Positions 20,233 through 27,267 of a stretch of 64,000 nucleotides of DNA are shown one piece after another; the first letter of the stretch is position 1; each line of letters starts with the position of its first letter. The notes below the pieces were generated by a model. The model was given only the letters and a program-made list of their open reading frames with translations, did not search any database and had not been told where the DNA came from. The stretch is from NCBI GenBank assembly GCA_963663965.2, contig CAXXFK010000015.1:160001-224000 (forward strand), in the 5' to 3' direction. This stretch comes from Sedimentisphaerales bacterium. Its GTDB lineage: Bacteria; Planctomycetota; Phycisphaerae; Sedimentisphaerales; SM23-30. The translations under genes and the position numbers were made by a program.

Positions 20233-21264
20233 TTAACTTCTATTTCTTATATTAAATATTCTTTTTGCAATTCTCGCCCAGTCTAAAAAACGATTAAATC
20301 CAATCATAACATGATTTTTATTGTACGGATCATATGGTCGTTTCAAATCAGGCCCCCGACCATTATTTACAACATTATTGATCCAGGCATTAATCATCTC
20401 AGTCCTCCATCCATCCCAGCTTAAATTTCCAATTGGAAATCCCCAATACAAATCTTCACCAACTTTAATGGCATTTTCGTGTCGAAACGCGTCTGGATTT
20501 GGTGACCATTTTGGATTTATGTATAGATCTTGGCCGTTTATTATTGGCCCATTTTGAAATCGTACCCAATTACCAACTGGCATATTGCTAAAGCTCTTAG
20601 GATATTCAACAAATGGGATCGCGCCAATTTGATTAAATTCACCTGGATGTAATGTATCTATCACCGCTTTGTCCATAACATATTGAGCGGCATCCCAGCA
20701 ATCCAGCGATTTACCCGTTGCCGGGTCTTCATCAAAGTAAGCGTTCACAAAATCTTCTTTGGCCGAATAGCGCGCAGTTAAATGACTGGCACCAAATTTT
20801 CCCATCTCAAAACTCACGGTTGCTTTCACCACATTACCACGCAATAATTGCTCGTAAAACATCAGATACGACTTTAGGTTGACACGGATCCCATTAGGCA
20901 CGCTGTCAATATCGACCCCGGCTATTTGTTTCGTAGCATATGCCAGTGCATGATATAATCCACCATCCAACCCCGGCAATAAACTCAATAACTCGCTATA
21001 AGTATCGCCACATTCTGATATGATAAATCCTTCATAGGTCAATGACTTCCAGGCTCCCTGAGCCTTCCACAGGCCCGCCGGATCAACCGCTTGCGCCGGT
21101 TGGCTTCCCACATATTCATACCCGTTCATCCCATCCGTATATTCCACCGGATCCAGACTCAGCCACCGCCCCTGCTTCGCGTCATACATGCCATAGCCCA
21201 CCTGGACAAGTGATAGAATCCAGCCAACCGCCATCACCCCAATCAGCCTTTTTGTATTAATCAT
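20233..21264 (-). CDS. Signal peptide + Rhs-associated core motif + Tgl-like transglutaminase toxin domain ('mini-Rhs')
   Basis: RBS GGAGG; signal peptide ending VGYG; MYDAKQGRWLSLDP...VDPAGL; LMFYEQLLRGNVV, DCWDAAQ, VGNWVRFQN, FRHENAIKVGEDLYWG. Confidence 0.8.
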   Translation of the reverse strand: MINTKRLIGVMAVGWILSLVQVGYGMYDAKQGRWLSLDPVEYTDGMNGYEYVGSQPAQAVDPAGLWKAQGAWKSLTYEGFIISECGDTYSELLSLLPGLDGGLYHALAYATKQIAGVDIDSVPNGIRVNLKSYLMFYEQLLRGNVVKATVSFEMGKFGASHLTARYSAKEDFVNAYFDEDPATGKSLDCWDAAQYVMDKAVIDTLHPGEFNQIGAIPFVEYPKSFSNMPVGNWVRFQNGPIINGQDLYINPKWSPNPDAFRHENAIKVGEDLYWGFPIGNLSWDGWRTEMINAWINNVVNNGRGPDLKRPYDPYNKNHVMIGFNRFLDWARIAKRIFNIRNRS

Positions 21265-21317
21265 AAAACCTCCAATTTGATATAATTATTTCTTCCAGTT
21301 TAAGTCAGCATTTAGAT

Positions 21318-21390
21318 TCAGCGGTTCATCGATTCCATTGCCATAGACGAACTCACGCCGGGTTGTTCCTTGCTCATCGGTTTCCATTAT
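21318..21390 (-). pseudogene. Rhs core remnant
   Basis: Translates as IMETDEQGTTRREFVYGNGIDEPL, matching the Rhs cores at 24.8 and 28.8 kb. Confidence 0.8.
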
Positions 21391-22585
21391 TATCCTCAAA
21401 GATAATGGGATACCCAACTTCTGTATCCCATTCAATCACATACTGATATAAAGGTTGCTGATCCCAGGTAATTAGCTTATATTTCGGCCCGTTATTTTTC
21501 AGTGCCGAATCAGTTTCAGTTTTAATGTCTATTTCCAGCCTCTGCTTTTTCAGAAGCTCAAAGCTGCGTTCTCTGAATTCTGACTCAGAATTACGATCCC
21601 ATTCTGTCACAATGGTCAATCCAGGTAATTTTTGTCTTAACGCCTCAATACCTGTTAAAGTTACCTGAGTATTGAATACTGTCAGATATTTTAAATTTTT
21701 CATATACGCCAGAAAGCTTAATCCTTTATCCGAAATCGCAGTCGAATGCAATTCCAGATACTCTAAATCTGGCTCTCGATAAAAATATAGATCACGATCC
21801 GTAATATTAGTATAGGACAATAGTAGCTTCTTTAAATGAAGCGGATTGAGTTCCGCAATATTGTAATCTCTGAAATAATTTCCCCGCAAATCCAGAATTT
21901 GCAGCTCCGACATATCTGCAATATCACACCATCCCGAACCTGTGATCTTAGTCCAGGAAGCATTCAGATAACGCAAGTTTTTGAAATTCGCTACCACACT
22001 GAGATAATCATCGTTACTGGTATACGGCAATCCCAGATAGGTCAGATTGGATAATCCCGAAAGTTCAGCGAAGTTTTCCCGGGTCATACTGGCAAAATAT
22101 AAGTCCAAATACTTCAAATCGACAAAGTCGGAAATCTCCTTGACTGTGGGAACATAAGTTTGGTTTCTAAAATCATAACAAAAGGATCTCAACTCGATTT
22201 GACCGATATGTGTCAATGTCTGTCTATCGCCGGAACGGCCATTGCTAATCGCTAAACCTTCCACATACAATTCGGATGGTTTAGCTGTTGAACGAGAGCC
22301 GAACTGGACTAGCAAGTGGTCAATCCCTGCCAAATCTTCTAAACCTTTCCTATCTCTGGAATTAAGCCCCTCATATAACTTACAATTCAGGTCACTTTTA
22401 TAATAGAGATACCCTCCTTGAGGTACGGTATAAACACGACGAAGCATACCCCTAATATTTTCGGAATATAACTCCCTCTGACAGCGAAGCCAATGATCTT
22501 CTGTAATCCCTTCACCACCCATCAAAGCGTTAGAAAGCAAAAACAGGTTAAAATACAACAGGTATATCCTTTTTAATGAACACAT
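21374..22585 (-). CDS. Exported leucine-rich-repeat protein (orphan immunity candidate)
   Basis: Repeated LxxLxL (LKYLDL, LTYLGL, LRYLNA, LQILDL, LEYLEL); VTLTGIEALRQKLPGLTI cap; signal-like N-terminus. Confidence 0.8.
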   Translation of the reverse strand: MCSLKRIYLLYFNLFLLSNALMGGEGITEDHWLRCQRELYSENIRGMLRRVYTVPQGGYLYYKSDLNCKLYEGLNSRDRKGLEDLAGIDHLLVQFGSRSTAKPSELYVEGLAISNGRSGDRQTLTHIGQIELRSFCYDFRNQTYVPTVKEISDFVDLKYLDLYFASMTRENFAELSGLSNLTYLGLPYTSNDDYLSVVANFKNLRYLNASWTKITGSGWCDIADMSELQILDLRGNYFRDYNIAELNPLHLKKLLLSYTNITDRDLYFYREPDLEYLELHSTAISDKGLSFLAYMKNLKYLTVFNTQVTLTGIEALRQKLPGLTIVTEWDRNSESEFRERSFELLKKQRLEIDIKTETDSALKNNGPKYKLITWDQQPLYQYVIEWDTEVGYPIIFEDNNGNR

Positions 22586-22845
22586 ATTATTCACCTTAAT
22601 ATAATACCACACTTGGATCATATTCACCAGATACCCATGGGCTTATTGAATTCGATGCATAATCACTTACATTAAATGGATACCAAACATTTGGATCCCA
22701 AGCATGTAAATAGTCGGGTCAGTAACGGCTGTTCCGGCCCAATTGGGCGTCGCCCATGCGGTCTCATTTAAATGATCCATCATTTCCTGATCCATCCTGT
22801 CAATCCTGTGATCCTGTCTAGAATATTTTTCTTTAAAATCTCGAC

Positions 22846-22946
22846 GATCTCCATCACCACCTACCGGCGGTCATTTTAATAATACTGCGTCACAGTATCC
22901 ATCACCTCGCCCGGCACCCGCATCGCGATGTAGCGTCCCAGCGCGT
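22846..22946 (-). pseudogene. Degenerate Rhs core remnant
   Basis: Mutated copy of the DNA encoding ALGRRIEMRVPGEVVDTVTRYYFNDRWQVVME, now with an in-frame stop. Confidence 0.8.
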
Positions 22947-22999
22947 TTTAATAACACTTTACTATCCTTACTCAATGTTTATCCTGCTATCAGATCCCA

Positions 23000-23458
23000 T
23001 CATTCCGTTGACACAAAACGCTTATAGAGTATAAGACTATATTTTTCATATAAATCCTTTGCAATAAATTTGTGCTTGCCTTTAATTAGAAAAACCTGCT
23101 CATTTCCCTTATCGTAAATTGTACCACTGCGTTCTTTAAGATCGTTAAAATCCTTACCATACCCAATAAAATAATCATCCAACGCATCAGTTTGAATGAC
23201 ACAATCCATATTTTGACCATATCGTAATAGATAATCTTTATTTGAAACCGAGTCTGGTTTTACCAATTGCAAATAACCTTTTAAAATCAGATCATTCTTG
23301 CTTGTAGGCATTGCATTATTCTGGTCAATATAACAAGAAAGCCAGGTACATATTTTGTACAAATCACATCCCGTCTTATATCTTATATAAGCAACATCGA
23401 AAGCAATATACAATATAATTATAACCGCAATTATAATTAGTCTTTTTTTCATGGACAC
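23000..23458 (-). CDS. N-terminally membrane-anchored protein, putative immunity for 23449-24930
   Basis: Overlaps the toxin stop; AT-rich; single TM. Confidence 0.65.
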   Translation of the reverse strand: MSMKKRLIIIAVIIILYIAFDVAYIRYKTGCDLYKICTWLSCYIDQNNAMPTSKNDLILKGYLQLVKPDSVSNKDYLLRYGQNMDCVIQTDALDDYFIGYGKDFNDLKERSGTIYDKGNEQVFLIKGKHKFIAKDLYEKYSLILYKRFVSTE

Positions 23459-24930
23459 TCCTTCAACATTACCTCAATAATCTGCCTGGCATATCTTCCA
23501 CATGCATGTTGTGCAGTATATATCCAAGGCTGATCTACAAGCCCCTTTTTTAATTTGTCTGCGGCATCGCAACTTATTGCTCCGGCAAATTCCCATTTCG
23601 CACCTAAATCCGAATTGTGTGTAATTTCTGTTTGAACAATGCTAAATACAAATCCGGCCTGCTTAAATCCAAACAACTCACCTGGCATTACATGAATATC
23701 CCATGATTTCTCAATGCCATGCTTGAAGCATTTTACTCTGGCAACTTTATGAGCCCATGTGGATTCAAGGGTGACAAAATAAACTCCGCACCAACAACAT
23801 GTACCTTTATGAGCGCCATAGACAGTACTTGATGAATTTCCATATTTACATTGACATGCGGCCATCGCATCTTGTTTTTCTCCTCTTGGCACTGAAACCT
23901 GTTTACAATCACTTATCGTCTTATAGTGCTGTATCGGGTCCCCATGCATATAAGTAGTATGCGTATAGACCTTTTTACCATGCTCTGGACCTTTGATCTT
24001 GCAACAGGCATAACTATCTTCACTTAATCCAGTTAAATCACCATTCATCATCGGTCCACTCTTTACATATTCATACAAATTCACTCCATCCGTATACTGC
24101 CTCAGCGGACTGAAACCATTCATAGTGTCCCCCGGCACTACCCCCAGCGGATCCACACTCAACCACCGCCCGGTCCGATAATCATAATACCGATGACGGT
24201 TAATCTGAATCAGCTTCGCCCCGCCGTCAAGGATATCTAATCGCCGACCGGTGAAGTAGTACGGATTACCGATAACCGATCCTACCGCCGAAGCCGTCAA
24301 TTCCGAAGTCGGCCCCGCCACACTCATCGCCGGCATCTCCAATCCTCCCAGCGACAGTCCTTCAGCATCAATCACCGTATTGGGATCCAGCAGCATCCCC
24401 AACGAATCGTTCGGATCGTAAACCGGGTCATACTCCGGCAACTCCGTCGCATACAATACCGGCGCAAACTGCCAGTCCCACGGCTCCATCCGCCACAGCG
24501 ACTCCTGCGCCAACTCATCCTCCGTCACCCCCGCCCAGGCCGCCTCATCATACCCCCCATACGCCGGCATAACCGCCCCGGCGATCAGATCATCCCGCAC
24601 CCACACACTCGGCTTGCCATAGACATCATACTCGTACCGCTCGGCCACCTCTGCCGATTCATCTAATAAGGCAACGGTGCTATTCAGGTGGTCCTGAACA
24701 TAGTAATACAACGGCTCACCGGCCGTCATCCCATCGATCAGGATCAGCGGCTCATCGATACCATTGCCATAGACGAACTCACGCCGGGTCGCCCCTTCTT
24801 CATCCGTCTCCATCACCACCTGCCAGCGGTCATTGAAGTAATAGCGCGTCACAGTATCCACCACCTCGCCCGGCACCCGCATCTCGATGCGGCGTCCCTG
24901 GGCATCGCTAGGCTCAAAAAACAACAACAA
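23449..24930 (-). CDS. Rhs orphan cassette with Cys-rich C-terminal toxin (possible permuted papain-like fold)
   Basis: YYVQDHLNST, YEYDVYG, NPYYFTGR, RYYDYRTGRWLSVDP, DLTGL; CT has H...H...YTAQHACGRYA; no convincing start. Confidence 0.8.
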   Translation of the reverse strand: MLLFFEPSDAQGRRIEMRVPGEVVDTVTRYYFNDRWQVVMETDEEGATRREFVYGNGIDEPLILIDGMTAGEPLYYYVQDHLNSTVALLDESAEVAERYEYDVYGKPSVWVRDDLIAGAVMPAYGGYDEAAWAGVTEDELAQESLWRMEPWDWQFAPVLYATELPEYDPVYDPNDSLGMLLDPNTVIDAEGLSLGGLEMPAMSVAGPTSELTASAVGSVIGNPYYFTGRRLDILDGGAKLIQINRHRYYDYRTGRWLSVDPLGVVPGDTMNGFSPLRQYTDGVNLYEYVKSGPMMNGDLTGLSEDSYACCKIKGPEHGKKVYTHTTYMHGDPIQHYKTISDCKQVSVPRGEKQDAMAACQCKYGNSSSTVYGAHKGTCCWCGVYFVTLESTWAHKVARVKCFKHGIEKSWDIHVMPGELFGFKQAGFVFSIVQTEITHNSDLGAKWEFAGAISCDAADKLKKGLVDQPWIYTAQHACGRYARQIIEVMLKECP

Positions 24931-24958
24931 TCATAAAATCAGTACACATAGTATCATT

Positions 24959-25453
24959 TTATGGATTTTCCTCATCTATTGCCCACGATTTATTAATAGC
25001 ATATTTCTGCACAATATCATCCTTCAATCCCTTGTCATCTTTTCCATTGTAGCCATAACTCATAAGACAATACTGACCATCTTTCTCCTTGATAATTATG
25101 ATTGGTTTATTGTAATCATCAAGCAAATCATTGTTTGTGTCAATATATTCATCTAAATAACTCAAATTTGCAGCAACTACAATATCGTCATTTTCTACAG
25201 ATTCACCCCATTCTGCAGATTTGCCCCATTCTATCACCGAACGGGTAGTTATGGGAAATTTTTCATTATTTTTTGCATATATTTCTACGATATTAGAAAA
25301 AAAATCCATTCTTTGCTTTGTTCTAGATATAGCCTCAGCCTTCCCTTGTCGTATACAATCTCGCTCATTTAAAAAATTGACGACAAGTACAAACACAACA
25401 ACAACGGCCACAAGTGCCGCTAAGATATATTTATATTTTTTATTTAAACACAT
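24959..25453 (-). CDS. Putative immunity protein with GspG C-terminal-like motif
   Basis: N-terminal TM; DDYNKPI...YCLMSYGYNGKDD...DDI; overlaps the toxin stop. Confidence 0.6.
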   Translation of the reverse strand: MCLNKKYKYILAALVAVVVVFVLVVNFLNERDCIRQGKAEAISRTKQRMDFFSNIVEIYAKNNEKFPITTRSVIEWGKSAEWGESVENDDIVVAANLSYLDEYIDTNNDLLDDYNKPIIIIKEKDGQYCLMSYGYNGKDDKGLKDDIVQKYAINKSWAIDEENP

Positions 25454-26669
25454 CGGGGATTCGTCCTTCGGTTCCGAACTCATATATTACGTTACTAGGA
25501 TGACAAACAAATTTATAGCAAGAATTGCCCTTATATTTTAATAAGCTGTTATATTTTTCCGCTAATTCACGACAACTTAATTTAAAACCAAATATTTTTT
25601 TAAGCTCTTCAAATGGTCGTTCACCTAATGTAAAATTATATCCCAACAAGCCCTGTTCCGACATTGTTAACAGGCTTTTTGGCAAACCCTTAAGAGCTTC
25701 ACTTGAAACAACCCAAGCGCCATTATATTGTACGCCTTCTCTAGCTGTACTCCATACTAATTTCCAGAATCCTTTGATTTTTCTTGTATTAGAAAAATTA
25801 TTTTCAACATTATAAATATATATCTCCCGCTCTAAAAGTCTAAGATCTCTTAATGGGGTTAAAATTTGTTCTGAAGCATATGCTATGCCTTCATTTTTAA
25901 TAATATCTCTTAAATTATCCTTATCAGGATAAATTCCATTAAGATATAAATATGCATGAACTAACTCATGTAATGCGGTAGCATTAGTAGAACCTTCGGG
26001 CAAATATACAGTTTCGGATTCATCATCAAAATGAGCAATAGATGTAATTATAGGTCGTCTAATTCCACCATGATTGAATAGTACATTAGCAGTATTTGTT
26101 AAATCAATCTCAAGCATTTTTTTAAAACCTGTTAAAGGATAAAAAGCAGTAGAAACTTCATTTCCGTTTACATTAACTGAAGAATAATAAGAAATAAGAC
26201 TTTGAATATGATTTAATAGGAAGTTTTCTGCCGCTTTTGGGGTGTCTCTCACATAATTCCCTCCTAGCCCTCCATAAGGATCCCAATAATCTGTACCCAA
26301 AGGATCATAATATTCAACAGGATTATCCCCAACATACTCCAACAAATTCCCCCCATCTGCATACTGTCCCAGCGGACTAAAAGCATTCTCATAATCCCCC
26401 GGCACCACGCCCAGCGGATCCACACTCAGCCACCGCCCGGTACGATAATCATAATGCCGATGCCGGTTAATCTGAATCAGTTTCGCCCCGCCGTCAAGGA
26501 TATCCAGCCGCCGCCCGGTGAAGTAGTACGGATTGCCGATAACCGACCCCACCGCCGAAGCCGTCAATTCCGAAGTCGGCCCCGCCACACTCATCGCCAG
26601 CATCTCCCCAGCGGCGAGCGTCAGCGACCCGATTTCGTCCGCCGACAGTCTCTGCGACAATCCATCCAC
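25440..26669 (-). CDS. Rhs orphan cassette with HExxH zincin metallopeptidase-like toxin
   Basis: GRWLSVDPLG...DPLGT; ALHELVHAY...NEGIAY. Confidence 0.8.
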   Translation of the reverse strand: MDGLSQRLSADEIGSLTLAAGEMLAMSVAGPTSELTASAVGSVIGNPYYFTGRRLDILDGGAKLIQINRHRHYDYRTGRWLSVDPLGVVPGDYENAFSPLGQYADGGNLLEYVGDNPVEYYDPLGTDYWDPYGGLGGNYVRDTPKAAENFLLNHIQSLISYYSSVNVNGNEVSTAFYPLTGFKKMLEIDLTNTANVLFNHGGIRRPIITSIAHFDDESETVYLPEGSTNATALHELVHAYLYLNGIYPDKDNLRDIIKNEGIAYASEQILTPLRDLRLLEREIYIYNVENNFSNTRKIKGFWKLVWSTAREGVQYNGAWVVSSEALKGLPKSLLTMSEQGLLGYNFTLGERPFEELKKIFGFKLSCRELAEKYNSLLKYKGNSCYKFVCHPSNVIYEFGTEGRIPDVFK

Positions 26670-26730
26670 AGCCGTATTAGATAGGATAACAGGATTTACA
26701 GGATAATTTATAATCCAATAGCCCTCCTTC

Positions 26731-27267
26731 TTATCTCGTAAGTAGAGTATCGAGCCGTTTTACCACATTATCCGTTTTCCAATCGTCCGACATCCAAAAC
26801 TTAATAAATGTATCATAAGGGACTGGAGCATACCGGTGAAGTACGCCCGTATCCAAACTTGTGACCTCAATTAATAAGCCAATTCTATCATTTTCTTTTG
26901 AAATAAAATACAAATATTCATAATCAAGACCAGATATGCCTCTACCACAAGCATAGATCGCACTAATTGTTATTATCGGCTTTCTGTCAATTAAATCAGG
27001 TTTAACTGCATTAGGGTCTGGAGGATCAAACACAATATCAGATTCGTCAAAACCTTCAATTCTATACTTTTTTTGATATCCAAGCATTTCAAGTTTCTGA
27101 CAAACCTTTTCAACCTGATCACCAATTACTAAATTGGGGGCCGGGTTATAGTTAGTCCGGCATAGCAAGGAAGACTCGTCACACCACATTTTGGCGGCTG
27201 TTACCCTGTCACACCCTGACAAATAGACACACACAATAAACAACGCGATCAAAATTAGTTTTCTCAT
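26731..27267 (-). CDS. Lipoprotein, putative immunity for 27264-29339
   Basis: Lipobox LSGC; 4-bp overlap with the toxin stop. Confidence 0.75.
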   Translation of the reverse strand: MRKLILIALFIVCVYLSGCDRVTAAKMWCDESSLLCRTNYNPAPNLVIGDQVEKVCQKLEMLGYQKKYRIEGFDESDIVFDPPDPNAVKPDLIDRKPIITISAIYACGRGISGLDYEYLYFISKENDRIGLLIEVTSLDTGVLHRYAPVPYDTFIKFWMSDDWKTDNVVKRLDTLLTR

